Origin: an uncultured bacterium
GTDB taxonomy: Bacteria; Verrucomicrobiota; Verrucomicrobiia; Limisphaerales; UBA8199
Assembly (NCBI GenBank): GCA_963749495.1
Contig: CAVVMW010000001.1
Coordinates: 608,001-672,000, forward strand
Direction: 5' to 3'
DNA: 64,000 bases
Shown: positions 30,830-41,577 of the stretch, in pieces
How positions within the stretch are numbered: the stretch's first letter is position 1
Layout of the letters: the number at the start of each line of letters is the position of its first letter
Program-made: the position numbers and the translations under genes
The notes under the pieces: model-generated
Database searches by the model: none
The model's input: only the letters and a program-made list of their open reading frames with translations
What the model was told of the DNA's origin: nothing

Positions 30830-33527
30830 ATGAAAATCCCTATGCCTCACGCAAGACGCCTGAGGCTGGCCATCCGGGGGGCGGTCCAGGGGGTGGGATT
30901 TCGCCCATTCGTTTTTCGGCTGGCGCAGGAGTTGGACCTCAAGGGCTGGGTCAACAACTCCTGGGCGGGGGTGTTCATCGAGGCCGAAGGCGGGCCGGCC
31001 CGAACTCGAGGAGTTCCGGCTCCGCCTGGAGGCGGAGAAGCCGCCGGCCAGCTTCATCCAGAGCCTGGAGGCGGCTTGGCTCGACCCCGTCGGCTACGGG
31101 AACTTCCAGATTCGCGCCAGCCAGGGCGGCGGCAGCAAGACGGCGCTGGTCCTGCCCGACATCGCGACTTGCCCGGAGTGCCTGGCCGAGATCTTCGACC
31201 CGGCCAACCGGCGCTATTTCTATCCCTTCACCAACTGCACCCACTGCGGTCCGCGTTTCAGCATCATCGAATCGCTGCCCTACGATCGGGCCAACACATC
31301 GATGAAGCGGTTCGCCATGTGCCCGCAGTGCCGGAACGAGTACCAGGAGCCGCGCGACCGCCGCTTCCACGCCCAGCCCAATGCCTGCCCCGACTGCGGA
31401 CCCCATATCGAGTTATGGGACCCACAGGGCAAGGTGCTGGCCGGCTGGGCTGGCCAACCGGGCGCTGCGCCGCCGGCGCCCAGCAGCCAAAACGCGGCGG
31501 GCACGGTCCTGGCTGTCGCAGCCGACGCTATCCGCGCCGGCCGGATTGTGGCGCTCAAGGGGCTGGGCGGCTTCCACCTCGTCGTAGCGGCACATGACGA
31601 AGCCGCGGTGCGCCGCTTGCGGCAACTCAAACACCGCGAAGAAAAGCCCTTGGCCCTGATGTTCCCCTCGCTGGGCGCTGTCAAGGCCATGTGCGAGGTC
31701 TGCCCGGCCGAAGAGCGGCTGCTGCGCTGCCCCGAGGCCCCCATCGTCCTGTTGCGACGCCGTCCTGACCCCTCGCCCCTCCCGCACCCGGCTCAACCCC
31801 TGGCCGCGTCGCTCGCCCCGGGCAATCCCAACCTGGGCGTGATGCTCCCCTACACTCCCCTGCACCACCTGCTGCTCCGGCTCCTGGCCTTCCCGATTGT
31901 GGCGACCAGCGGCAACCTGAGCGACGAACCGATTTGCACGGACGAACACGCCGCGCTCGAACGCCTGGGCGGCATCGCCGACCTGTTCCTGGTCCATAAC
32001 CGGCCCATCGTTCGCCACGTGGACGATTCGATAGCGCGCGTGATGATGGGCCGGGAATTGGTCTTGCGGCGGGCCCGAGGCTATGCGCCGCTGCCTATAA
32101 GTGCAGAGTGCGGAGTGCGGAGTGCGGAGGACGGAGTGCGGAGTGCGGAGTGCGGAATGCGGAGTGCGGAATCCTTCGGTGAGGCGGGGCCAGGGGCTGA
32201 GGGCGGAATCCTGAGTGCGGAGTGCGGAGTGCGGAATGCGGAGTGCCGAGTGGAGACTGCTGAGGACGGAGGGCGCGGGGCGCAGGACGGAGACATTCCG
32301 CATTCCGCACTCCGCACTCCGCACTTGAGTGTCCTGGCGGTGGGAGCGCATTTGAAGAATACGGTCGCCCTCTGGGTCGGGCAGCAGGCCTTCATCAGCC
32401 AGCACATCGGAGACTTGGAGACCGACCTGGCCTATGAGGCCTTCCGGCGGGTTATTGGCGATTTCGAGAGGCTCTACGAGACCGAGCCTGCCCTGCTGGC
32501 GGCCGATGCGCACCCGGACTATCTCTCGACGAAATATGCGCTGGAGCGGTTGGCCGGGGCCGCGCCGGCCTCAGGGCTGCGCCTGGTGCGCGTCCAGCAT
32601 CACCTGGCGCACATCCTTGCGTGCATGGCCGAAAACGAGGTGCCGCCGCCGGTGCTGGGGGTTTCCTGGGACGGCACGGGCTACGGCCTGGACGGCACGG
32701 TCTGGGGCGGGGAGTTTTTCATCGTCACGGAAGCGGCCTGGGAGCGGGTGGCGCATCTGCGCCCATTTGCGCTGCCCGGCGGCAACCGGGCCGTGAGGGA
32801 ACCGCGGCGGACAGCCCTGGGCGTGCTCTTCGAGATGTTCGGCGACAGTGCCTTCGCGCGAGGAGAACTGGCCCCGGTGCGCGCCTTTTCCCGCACCGAG
32901 TTGGCCGGGCTGCGGACCATGCTGGCCCGCCGCCTTAATTCACCGATGACTTCGAGCGCCGGGCGGCTCTTCAACGCCGTCGCCTCGCTCATCGGTCTGC
33001 GCCAGGAGGTCCGTTTCGAGGCCCAGGCCGCCATGGAACTGGAGTTCGCCCTGGACGGCACCCAAACCGGCGAGAGCTATCCCTTTTCGCTAAGAAGCCC
33101 GGAACACCCGGCGCTCAATTCGTCATTCCCCTCTCCGTCGGACCGGTCGGACGCGTCCGACGGGTCAGACGCGTCGGACAGACTCCACTCCGCGCTCCGC
33201 ACTCCGCACTCCGCACTGGTCATAGACTGGTCTGCGCTGATCGAGGCGCTCCTCAACGAGGTCCGGCGCGGGGTCGCTCCGGGGCTGATCTCCGCCCGGT
33301 TCCATAATACGCTTGCCGAGATGATGGTCGAAGTCGCTCGGCGCATGGGCCGGGAGCGCATCGTCCTTTCGGGCGGCTGTTTTCAAAATCGCTACCTGAC
33401 CGAGCGCGCGGTGCAGCGTCTCCAGGCGGAGGGGTTCCGTCCGTATTGGCACCAGCGAGTCCCACCGAATGACGGCGGGATCTCGCTGGGCCAAGTGGTC
33501 GCGGCGGTGCGCGGGGGCTGGGCGTGA
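30830..33527 (+). CDS. hypF: Carbamoyltransferase HypF (frameshift near 31000; in-frame repeat insertions)
   Basis: GAVQGVGFRPF, zinc fingers, RRFHAQPNACP, KGLGGFHL, SQHIGD, QHH.AH, DGTGYG and NDGGISLGQ motifs. Confidence 0.95.
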
Positions 33528-33584
33528 AACAGAATTCTTCTTGGACCTCCGGATCGCAGGCCACAGAGCTGATCCGGGCCTTCG

Positions 33585-33755
33585 ATCCTTCGTTTCCTTC
33601 GTTTCCTTCTGTTCTTTTGCTGCGTCCCGTCGGCTGGGCACAGGAACAGAACAGAAGGAAACGAAGGAAACGAAGAGGCGGCCTGAGGTGGCGGCATCGA
33701 TCGGGTCCGTGCCAGCGCGTATCTGGATTCCTAAACACTCTTTGTGACGAAACCC
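33585..33755. repeat. Inverted nonamer element (TTCGTTTCC)/(GGAAACGAA) with a tail
   Basis: 33640-33755 is the approximate reverse complement of 53979-54095. Confidence 0.75.
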
Positions 33756-33856
33756 CAGCAGAATCCCTTTTTGAAGATTCTTGTCCTACGCGCGCGGGGA
33801 CTCGGGCGTCCCTTCCGGGGTTGCCCCGCTGCGCTGCGCGGTGTAGCTTTCTGGGA

Positions 33857-34159
33857 ATGTGTTTGGCAATTCCAGGGAAGATCACGAGTATTAGCGGAGA
33901 CGATGCGCTCATGCGCATGGGTAAAATCGATTTTGGCGGGATCCAGAAGGAGGCCAGTCTGGCTTATGTGCCCGAGGCCCAAGTCGGCGATTATGTCATC
34001 GTCCACGTCGGTTTCGCCATCAGCCGGCTGGATGAGGAGGAGGCCAACCAAGTCTTCGAGTATCTGCGGCAGATGGAGGGCCTGAGCGAGTTGGAGACCG
34101 GCGCGCCCAAGGAACCGGGCGGCCCGGCGGGCGCAACGAAAGGGGCAAACGCGGGATGA
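33857..34159 (+). CDS. hypC: Hydrogenase chaperone HypC
   Basis: MCLAIPG and VIVHVGFA motifs. Confidence 0.97.
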   Translation: MCLAIPGKITSISGDDALMRMGKIDFGGIQKEASLAYVPEAQVGDYVIVHVGFAISRLDEEEANQVFEYLRQMEGLSELETGAPKEPGGPAGATKGANAG

Positions 34160-35268
34160 AGTATCTGGACGAATACAGGGACGCCGAGGCGGCGCAACAG
34201 TACAGCCGGGAGATTGGCCGCATCACCACCCGGCCCTGGAGCATCATGGAGGTCTGCGGGGGCCAGACGCACGCCATCGTCAAGTTCGGCATTGACGAAC
34301 TCCTGCCCAGGGAGGTGACGCTCATTCACGGTCCAGGCTGCCCGGTGTGCGTGACGCCTGTCGAGTTGATTGACAAGGCGCTGGAGATTGCCGCGCGACC
34401 GGAGGTGATATTTTGCTCGTTCGGCGACATGCTCCGGGTGCCGGGAAGCGCCACGGACCTCCTGGCGGTCAAGGCGGCGGGCGGCGATGTGCGGATGGTC
34501 TATTCGCCGCTGGACGCGGTGAAGCTGGCCGGGCAAAACCCGGGCAAGGAGGTGGTCTTTTTCGGAGTCGGTTTCGAGACCACGGCGCCGGCTACCGCCA
34601 TGGCCGTTTATCAAGCGGCGCAGAAGGGCCTCAAGAACTTCTCGCTTCTGGCCTCGCACGTGCTGGTGCCCCCGGCCATGGAGGCGCTGCTCGGTTCGCC
34701 CGATTGCCGGGTGCAGGGTTTTCTGGCGGCCGGACACGTGTGTACCGTCATGGGCTACGAGGAGTATTTGCCCATTGCCGCGAAGTACCACGTGCCGATC
34801 GTGGTGACGGGTTTCGAGCCGCTGGACATCCTGCAAGGGGTGCTGATGTGCCTGCAGCAATTGGAGAGCGGGCGCGCGGAGGTGGAAAACCAATACAGCC
34901 GCTCCGTCCGCAGGGAGGGCAACCGCCCGGCCCAGCATCTCATCCGCGAGGTGTTCCGCGTCGTCCCGCGCAAATGGCGGGGCATCGGTGAAATCCCCCG
35001 GAGCGGCCTGGGCCTGAGCGAGGCCTACTGGGAGCACGACGCGGAGCGCAAATTCGGCGTGGCCCAGCTCCGGGTCGAGGAGCCCTCCGAGTGCCGGAGC
35101 GGGCTGGTCCTGCAGGGCAAGCTCAAGCCGCAGGAGTGCCCCGCCTTCGGCGCGCGTTGCACCCCGGAACATCCCCTGGGCGCGACCATGGTCTCTTCCG
35201 AGGGCGCCTGCGCCGCCTATTACCGTTACCGCCGCCAACCCAGCGAGGTGGCGGCACGCGCGCGATGA
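34156..35268 (+). CDS. hypD: Hydrogenase maturation protein HypD
   Basis: [22 protein letters not shown] and MVSSEGAC motifs. Confidence 0.97.
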   Translation: MKYLDEYRDAEAAQQYSREIGRITTRPWSIMEVCGGQTHAIVKFGIDELLPREVTLIHGPGCPVCVTPVELIDKALEIAARPEVIFCSFGDMLRVPGSATDLLAVKAAGGDVRMVYSPLDAVKLAGQNPGKEVVFFGVGFETTAPATAMAVYQAAQKGLKNFSLLASHVLVPPAMEALLGSPDCRVQGFLAAGHVCTVMGYEEYLPIAAKYHVPIVVTGFEPLDILQGVLMCLQQLESGRAEVENQYSRSVRREGNRPAQHLIREVFRVVPRKWRGIGEIPRSGLGLSEAYWEHDAERKFGVAQLRVEEPSECRSGLVLQGKLKPQECPAFGARCTPEHPLGATMVSSEGACAAYYRYRRQPSEVAARAR

Positions 35269-36311
35269 GCGACTTCACTCCCCTTTGCCCATTCCCCATC
35301 GAGAACTACCCGCGGGTCCTCCTGGCCCATGGCGGCGGGGGCACACTGATGCACCAACTCATCAGCCGGATGTTCCTGCCGGCCTTCCGCAACGAACTGC
35401 TCGAGCCGCAGCACGACTCGAGCGTCTTCGAGGTCGGCGGCCGGCGCTTGGCCTTCACCACGGACTCTTACGTGGTCCGGCCGCTGTTCTTCCCCGGCGG
35501 CAATCTCGGCTCGCTGGCCGTGCACGGCACCGTCAACGACCTGGCCATGTCCGGCGCCCGGCCGCTTTACTTGAGCGCCGCCTTCATCATCGAGGAGGGA
35601 CTGCCGATGGAGACCCTGTGGAAGATCGTCTCCTCGATGCAACTGGCCGCCCAGGCCGCCGGCGTCCAGATCATCACCGGCGACACCAAGGTGGTGGACA
35701 AGGGCAAGGGCGACAACCTCTTCATCAATACCGCCGGCGTGGGCGTGCTCGAACATCCCCTGACCATCGCCCCGCAGAGCGTCAAGCCCGGCGACGCCAT
35801 CCTGGTCAACGGCGACCTCGGCCGCCACGGCATGGCTGTCATGGCCGTGCGCGAGGGACTCGAATTCGAGAGCGCCATCCAGAGCGACTCCGCGCCCCTG
35901 GCCGAGGACGTGCTCGACTTGCTGCGCGCGGGCATCGAGGTCCACTGCCTGCGCGACCTCACGCGCGGCGGCCTTACCAGCGTCCTCAACGAGATCGCCC
36001 AAGCCGCAAACCTGACGCCGCTCATCGAGGAAAAGCTCGTCCCCGTCCGCGAGGACGTGCGGGGGGCGTGCGAGATCCTTGGGCTGGACGCGTTCCAGGT
36101 GGCTTGCGAGGGCCGTTTTGCCGCGTTCGTGCCCGAGCCCGACGCGGACCGGGCGGTGGCCATCCTGCGCAAGCGCCCCATCAGCAGCGGCGCCTGCCGC
36201 ATCGGCAAGGTGACCGACCAGCGTTCCCCCAAGGTCCTGCTCAAGAGCGCCATCGGCGCCCAGCGCATCCTCGATATGGCCTCCGGCGAGCAGTTGCCGC
36301 GCATCTGCTGA
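35265..36311 (+). CDS. hypE: Hydrogenase maturation protein HypE
   Basis: HGGGG, TTDSYVV, GDTKVV motifs and C-terminal PRIC. Confidence 0.97.
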   Translation: MSDFTPLCPFPIENYPRVLLAHGGGGTLMHQLISRMFLPAFRNELLEPQHDSSVFEVGGRRLAFTTDSYVVRPLFFPGGNLGSLAVHGTVNDLAMSGARPLYLSAAFIIEEGLPMETLWKIVSSMQLAAQAAGVQIITGDTKVVDKGKGDNLFINTAGVGVLEHPLTIAPQSVKPGDAILVNGDLGRHGMAVMAVREGLEFESAIQSDSAPLAEDVLDLLRAGIEVHCLRDLTRGGLTSVLNEIAQAANLTPLIEEKLVPVREDVRGACEILGLDAFQVACEGRFAAFVPEPDADRAVAILRKRPISSGACRIGKVTDQRSPKVLLKSAIGAQRILDMASGEQLPRIC

Positions 36312-36330
36312 GGGCGTTCAGCCCTCAGGC

Positions 36331-36693
36331 TCATGGCATCCCGGAACCCGCCTCCAAATCCCGCAGTATTTGCTCGATTTGCGACAGCAGGATGGGCACG
36401 TCCCTTTGCGCTGTGTCCCACAACGTATTGTCGTTTATAATGTCGTAGCCATGAACCAGGACGTTCCGCATGCCGATGATCTGGCCCCAAGCGACCTGCG
36501 GATAGCGAAGACGCAGCTCCTGAGGCAGGCGATTTGCCGCTTCGCCGAGCACTTCCAACGCACGCTCCAAGGCCAGCCGAAACCCCCGATCGACAGCAAG
36601 GTCCTCCATCTTCCTGCCTGAGCAGAGTTGAGTCGCCTGTGCGCCGTAGTCTTGCATCTGGCGCAGCGTCACCTGAGGGTCATGATTGCTCAT
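36331..36693 (-). CDS. HepT-like HEPN RNase toxin (DUF86)
   Basis: GEAA and MRNVLVHGY (Rx4HxY) motifs. Confidence 0.9.
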   Translation of the reverse strand: MSNHDPQVTLRQMQDYGAQATQLCSGRKMEDLAVDRGFRLALERALEVLGEAANRLPQELRLRYPQVAWGQIIGMRNVLVHGYDIINDNTLWDTAQRDVPILLSQIEQILRDLEAGSGMP

Positions 36694-36985
36694 AGATCGT
36701 GACGGCCTCGCGGAGCACCCGGTCACGGACGTGCCTGTCAAGGTTCGAGCACAGATCCACCTTGCGTCCCACGATTTTGGCCAACTCCTCTCCATAGCCG
36801 AAATACGCCAGCCCCGGGTGGGCCTCAGGCAGAAACTCGACCAAGACATCCACATCACTGCGTTGCGGATCGAAATCGTGCCGCACCACCGATCCGAACA
36901 GGCTCAGCTTGCGAATGCCACGCTCCCGGCAGAAGGCCGCGATCTTCGCGAAGTCAATCTCAATAGGCAAATCGGCGATGTTCAT
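36680..36985 (-). CDS. MntA-like minimal nucleotidyltransferase antitoxin
   Basis: LFGS...SDVDVLVEF...GRKVDL. Confidence 0.9.
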   Translation of the reverse strand: MNIADLPIEIDFAKIAAFCRERGIRKLSLFGSVVRHDFDPQRSDVDVLVEFLPEAHPGLAYFGYGEELAKIVGRKVDLCSNLDRHVRDRVLREAVTIYEQS

Positions 36986-37140
36986 CCTGGTCCATCAGTC
37001 AACCCTGTATTCCGCGGCAGCCCGGCCTTTCTTGAGCATCGATGCTCGATCCAACTAGGTCACAAGGCTCTCGTGAACGCAAGCCAAATCGGGCAAGGAT
37101 CAGGCTTTCATTTGGAGGCGAATCAGCCATATTTCCCATC

Positions 37141-37431
37141 GTGACCAAGCGACAGTTAGTCCAGGCGAGGCGGAACCAGGTCCTGAGCGCCGCCCACAAG
37201 CACGGTGCCGTGTCACTGAAGCTTTTTGGCTCGGCAGCACGGGGCGACGATGTGGAGGGTAGTGACGTGGACTTTCTCGTGGAGTTGGAGCCCGGCCGCA
37301 GCCTCCTGGATCTGGGCGGGCTGCAGGTCGAATTGGAGCGTGTGCTCGGTTGTAGAGTTGACGTTGTCACCCCGAAGGGACTGCGGGAGCGAATCCGCGC
37401 GCGCGTCCTGGCGGAAGCGGTTGCCGTATGA
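37141..37431 (+). CDS. MntA-like minimal nucleotidyltransferase antitoxin
   Basis: LFGSAARG..SDVDFLVE...VDVVT; GTG start. Confidence 0.9.
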   Translation: MTKRQLVQARRNQVLSAAHKHGAVSLKLFGSAARGDDVEGSDVDFLVELEPGRSLLDLGGLQVELERVLGCRVDVVTPKGLRERIRARVLAEAVAV

Positions 37432-37784
37432 GAGACGACTGCCAACGACTGCTGGACATCCGGGACGCGATCGAGCGGATCCAGCGATACACGGCCAGCG
37501 GCCGGAGGCAGTTCGATTCCGACGAACTGGTGCAGACCTGGGTCCTCCGCCATCTCCAAATCATCGGCGAGGCGGCTCGAGGGCTGACCCAGGAGTGCAA
37601 AGCCCAACAGCCTCAGGTCCCGTGGGAGAAGATTAACGGGATGAGGAACGTGCTTGTCCATCACTACTTTGGCATCGACACCGAGATCGTCTGGGTCGCG
37701 GTGGAAAAGGACTTGCCACCGCTGAAGCAGGCCGTCAACGAATTGATCCGACGCCACAACGCGCCCGGCAAGGCCGACGCCTGA
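37428..37784 (+). CDS. HepT-like HEPN RNase toxin (DUF86)
   Basis: IIGEAA and MRNVLVHHY motifs; ATGA overlap with the upstream gene. Confidence 0.9.
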   Translation: MRDDCQRLLDIRDAIERIQRYTASGRRQFDSDELVQTWVLRHLQIIGEAARGLTQECKAQQPQVPWEKINGMRNVLVHHYFGIDTEIVWVAVEKDLPPLKQAVNELIRRHNAPGKADA

Positions 37785-37794
37785 GTGCCGAACG

Positions 37795-37992
37795 TATCCC
37801 GAAGGGATCGGAATCACTCAGCCCAGGGTTGCGCGGCACGCGCTACCCTGGGTCACGCCGCCCGTTACCAACTACCCCGAAGGGGTTGCATCGCTGCTGA
37901 AACCCCTTCAGGGTTTCAGCGGTTGGTGGCATGACACCCAGGGTAGCGCGCTCCGCGCAACCCTGGGCTGAATGATTACAAGCCCTTCGGGC
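37795..37992. repeat. Palindromic element (CCCGAAGGG / CCCAGGGT..GCGC..ACCCTGGG)
   Basis: Symmetric hairpin series. Confidence 0.8.
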
Positions 37993-38109
37993 TACTGGGC
38001 CTGGCCCCGCGGTTCTTTCTCGCATGGTCGTACCCGCCAGATGCGCCCCGCGGCGTGACGATCTGAAAATCTTGTAGCCTCTTGCTTCTTTTTCTGGCTA
38101 TCTCGCTCC

Positions 38110-40290
38110 ATGCGATCGTTTCCTGTTTTGGCCGCCTGCGTGGTGCTGGCCGCGCTTTGCGCGGGGGCGGGCGAGGCGCCTCTGCCCACTACGACGCTCG
38201 ACCTGAACAAGCTGGCGTTTTTTCTCGGGCGTGAGTATTTCGTGCTGCGCAGCGGGCGGGCGCAAATGATCGTGCAGGCGGACCGGGCGGACCTGGGGCC
38301 GGCGCTGACGTACCTGCTGTTCGACGCGGAGAACGCGCGGCAAAGCGCCGCCAAGGAAGGGGCCTTCAACTTCGTGCCCGGCGAGGGTTTCGGTTCGAGC
38401 GCGCTGGTCGTGGAGCTGGGCGGGTTCCCATTCACCGCGCTGGGTCATCGCACCGAGACGCGCTGGGTGCTCGAGGAGGGTGTCCCGGCCGTCGAGGCGG
38501 TCTGGTGGGCGGGGGGCGTGCGAGTGACCGAGCGGATAAGCGCCCTCGGGACCAACGGGGTGTTCCGGCGCGCGGTGGGCCTGGCAGGCGCCCACTTGCT
38601 GGGCGAGGAGAGCCTCAAGTTGCGCCTGGCATTGCCGGCCGGGGAGCGCCTGCGCGATGGCGCGGTCCTGGTCCAGGACGGGCGCGGCGCCCGTTGCGCC
38701 TTGGCCCTGCTGGGCGGGGCCACGGTCCAGGTCTCCGAAGAAAAGGGCACCTTCGAAATCGGTCCCCTGACGGTTGCGCCGGGGGCCGAGGCGCGAGTGG
38801 ATACGTTGCTTTTCGTTCAAGTCCCCTCCGGCGGCCATTCGAGCCTGGTCGAGTTCGCCCGCAACACGGTTGCCACTGCTGCCACGAATGAACTGGGTCC
38901 GACACGCGCAAGTTGGGCCGCCGCCTCCGCTATCACCACCCGGGACCGCGTCGTCCAGGAGTTGTTCGACAAGGCGCGGTTCGGCCTGCCGGGGATGATT
39001 GCCGCAGACGGGACGATGGACGCCGGCATTTTCGAGTACGGCGCGCAATGGGTGCGGGACACGTCGAACACGGCGCTGGGCGCCCTGCAGGCGGGCCATT
39101 TCGAGCTGGCGCGCGCGGCGCTGGTCCGCGTGCTGACGCGGATGATTAACCGGGAAGGGGCCACGATGATCGCCGGCGGCTTCGATGCGCCGGATCACGA
39201 GCAGTTCGACCAAATGGGCGAATTGCTCCATTGCCTGCGTGATTATTGCGATTGGACCGGGGATGAGGAGTTGGTTCGCGCGCACCGCGAGCTGCTTCTG
39301 GCCCTGGTCGAGCGCCCCCTGGCCCCGCAGTTCCGCGACCAGACCGGCATGGTACACAACCGGCGCGAGTTCTGGGAGCGGGCCTTCGAGGATGCTTATG
39401 AGCTGGCCTATCAAACCTACGTCATCCTCGGCTTGCGCGAGGCAGCCGCACTGGCGCCCGTCCTGGGGGCCGAGGACCGTGCGGCGCGCTGGCGGCAGGA
39501 GGCGGACCGGATTGAACAGGCCATGCTCAAACACCCGACCCGCGCGCTGGTCGCACAGGGACGCCTCATCAAACGGCGCAATCTCACCGGTGAGGTCGCC
39601 GACCGTCTGACGAACTTCGCGGGCTTTGCGCCCGACGTGCCCCTGAACACCGAAACGCATCATCGCCTCCTGCCCGATGCTTCGGTGGCGCTGCCGATAG
39701 CCTTGGGCATCGTCGAGGCCCGCTCCGAGTTGGCCCGCCGGACCCTCGACGACCTCGAGCAACTCTGGAACACGCGGTGGTCGGACGGCGGCTACGACCG
39801 CTATCACACCAGCGCCCAACCCGACCAGCCGGGCCCCTGGCCGTTTGCCACCTGTTTCATCTTGCGCGCCCAGCACGAGGCTGGCCTCTTTGAGCGCAGC
39901 CGGCGCTCGCTGGAATGGCTCAACTCCGTCCAGGGCGGACGCGCCGGGGCCTGGTTCGAGGAAATCCCCTCCGTCCGCTCGCTCAACCGTTCGTGCGGCC
40001 TGGTCCAGTGGACCTCGGGCGAAATCGCCCTGTTTGTGGTTCGCCATTACCTGGGCCTGCGGTTCGAGGACCGCGCCCTGATCGTGCGCCCCGCGCTCTA
40101 TCCTGGCAGCCCGCCGGTCTCCGCCGACGTGCGGTTCCGGCACGGGCGCTTGCGCCTGCAAATTGATGGCAGCGGCCCCGTCCGCAGGGCAGTCGTCAAC
40201 GGCCATGCCATCAGCCCCGACAAAGCCGGCGCCGTCCGCCTGCCGCGTGAGTTTGATGGAGGGACCCTCGTCATCGAGGCGGGGTCGTGA
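38110..40290 (+). CDS. Secreted six-hairpin glycosidase-like protein (GH15-like fold)
   Basis: Signal peptide; QWVRD, EQFDQ and WTGDEE motifs. Confidence 0.65.
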   Translation: MRSFPVLAACVVLAALCAGAGEAPLPTTTLDLNKLAFFLGREYFVLRSGRAQMIVQADRADLGPALTYLLFDAENARQSAAKEGAFNFVPGEGFGSSALVVELGGFPFTALGHRTETRWVLEEGVPAVEAVWWAGGVRVTERISALGTNGVFRRAVGLAGAHLLGEESLKLRLALPAGERLRDGAVLVQDGRGARCALALLGGATVQVSEEKGTFEIGPLTVAPGAEARVDTLLFVQVPSGGHSSLVEFARNTVATAATNELGPTRASWAAASAITTRDRVVQELFDKARFGLPGMIAADGTMDAGIFEYGAQWVRDTSNTALGALQAGHFELARAALVRVLTRMINREGATMIAGGFDAPDHEQFDQMGELLHCLRDYCDWTGDEELVRAHRELLLALVERPLAPQFRDQTGMVHNRREFWERAFEDAYELAYQTYVILGLREAAALAPVLGAEDRAARWRQEADRIEQAMLKHPTRALVAQGRLIKRRNLTGEVADRLTNFAGFAPDVPLNTETHHRLLPDASVALPIALGIVEARSELARRTLDDLEQLWNTRWSDGGYDRYHTSAQPDQPGPWPFATCFILRAQHEAGLFERSRRSLEWLNSVQGGRAGAWFEEIPSVRSLNRSCGLVQWTSGEIALFVVRHYLGLRFEDRALIVRPALYPGSPPVSADVRFRHGRLRLQIDGSGPVRRAVVNGHAISPDKAGAVRLPREFDGGTLVIEAGS

Positions 40291-40353
40291 GGTGCGTCCT
40301 TGAAGGGGCCTGCGGGTCCGCCAGGGCAGCGGGACGCGCCTACACTGTCGCGA

Positions 40354-40520
40354 AGCGTTTTGGACTGCGCCAGTCCTCTGGCGCTTTTTGAACCCTGGCT
40401 AAAGCGCCAGAGGACTGGCGCAGTCCAAAACCTCGCGCTCCTCTCGACGGTTTACGGAAAGGCTGCGCGTGGCCATGCCTGGTCTGGCGTTTCGTCATTC
40501 GTCATTCGTCATTCGTCATT
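40354..40520. repeat. TTTTGGACTGCG palindrome followed by (TCATTCG)n
   Basis: Located at 40354-40432 and 40492-40520. Confidence 0.85.
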
Positions 40521-40581
40521 TCGGACCCCGCTTGCGGTGAATAAACGGCGCAGCGTATTGTCTAATCGACAAACTGATTTT

Positions 40582-41430
40582 ATGAATCTTCTGACTCAGA
40601 CTAAACGGCTCAGCCTGGTCACGGCAGCAATTCTGCCCCTGCTCACGACCTCGGCCCAGACACCTGTTGATTCCTCGAAGCCGCCGGCCGAGGCGCCCGC
40701 GGCGCCTGCCGCCTCGGCGCCGAGCGCCGCTCCTCTCTCCCCGGCGCCCGCCAAGTTCTCGCCCAGAGTGGCCGAAGTCGTCAAACTGGCCCAAGCCGGC
40801 CTGGGGGATGACGTGGTCATCGCCTTCATCAAGAACTCCCCGGCGCAGTATCGCCTGAGCGCCGATGAGGTCGTTGCATTGAAAGCTGGCGGGGTCTCCT
40901 CACCGGTCGTCGCCGCGATGCTCGCCCACGACGCCGCCCTCAAGGCGAAGGGCGAACCTGCAGCCGCGAAACCTCCGACGCCACCTCCGCCCAGTGCCGC
41001 TCCGCCCAACCCGGCCCCTCCCGCCATGGCCGGCGGCCCGCCCTATGTCTATACGCAAAAGCTCTATGGTCCGCAGGCCGATGCCGCTGAAGCGCCATCG
41101 CCTGCCCCGGCATCGCCGCCGGTAGTCGCTCAGCCGGCGCTCCCGGCCCAGCCGGCGCCTCCCGCCCAACCCGTGGCGCCGGCGCAGCCCGTGGGGCCTG
41201 CCCCGGTGGTGGTCGAGCAGCCGCCGCCGGCGCCGCAGGTCGAGGTGGTGCCGACTTTGCCGGGACCGGACTACTACTGGGTGCCGGGCTATTGGGGCTG
41301 GCGCGGCGGCGCCTGGGTCTGGATCGGCGGTTACTACGTCCACCGGCCTTATCCGGGCGCGGTTTGGATCGGCGGACGTTGGGGCTTGCGCGGCCGAGGC
41401 TATGTCTGGATTGGGGGAAGGTGGAGGTAG
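40582..41430 (+). CDS. Secreted proline-rich protein with YXWGXW-type repeats
   Basis: Signal peptide; VVKLAQAGLGDDVVIAFI domain; YYWVPGYWGW...WIGGRW. Confidence 0.8.
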   Translation: MNLLTQTKRLSLVTAAILPLLTTSAQTPVDSSKPPAEAPAAPAASAPSAAPLSPAPAKFSPRVAEVVKLAQAGLGDDVVIAFIKNSPAQYRLSADEVVALKAGGVSSPVVAAMLAHDAALKAKGEPAAAKPPTPPPPSAAPPNPAPPAMAGGPPYVYTQKLYGPQADAAEAPSPAPASPPVVAQPALPAQPAPPAQPVAPAQPVGPAPVVVEQPPPAPQVEVVPTLPGPDYYWVPGYWGWRGGAWVWIGGYYVHRPYPGAVWIGGRWGLRGRGYVWIGGRWR

Positions 41431-41431
41431 T

Positions 41432-41525
41432 CCACAGGCCACAGGCCACGGGCCATAGCCGATAGCCAATAGCCGATAGCCGATAGCCGATAGCCGATAG
41501 CCGATAGCCGATAGCCGATAGCCGA
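41432..41525. repeat. Heptamer arrays (CCACAGG)n and (ATAGCCG)n
   Basis: Begins immediately after the stop codon; about ten ATAGCCG units. Confidence 0.95.
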
Positions 41526-41577
41526 GAATTCACTCGACACGGCAGCCGGATTGCAGTACCACAGCGCACACACATCC

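Noticed and set aside
30830..31100. hypF and other frameshifted genes as true pseudogenes or programmed frameshifts
   Set aside because: Each has a single indel with otherwise intact motifs and no slippery heptamer, so sequencing error is more parsimonious, though unproven.
36990..37140. Possible gene remnant between the two TA pairs
   Set aside because: Too short and degenerate to assign.
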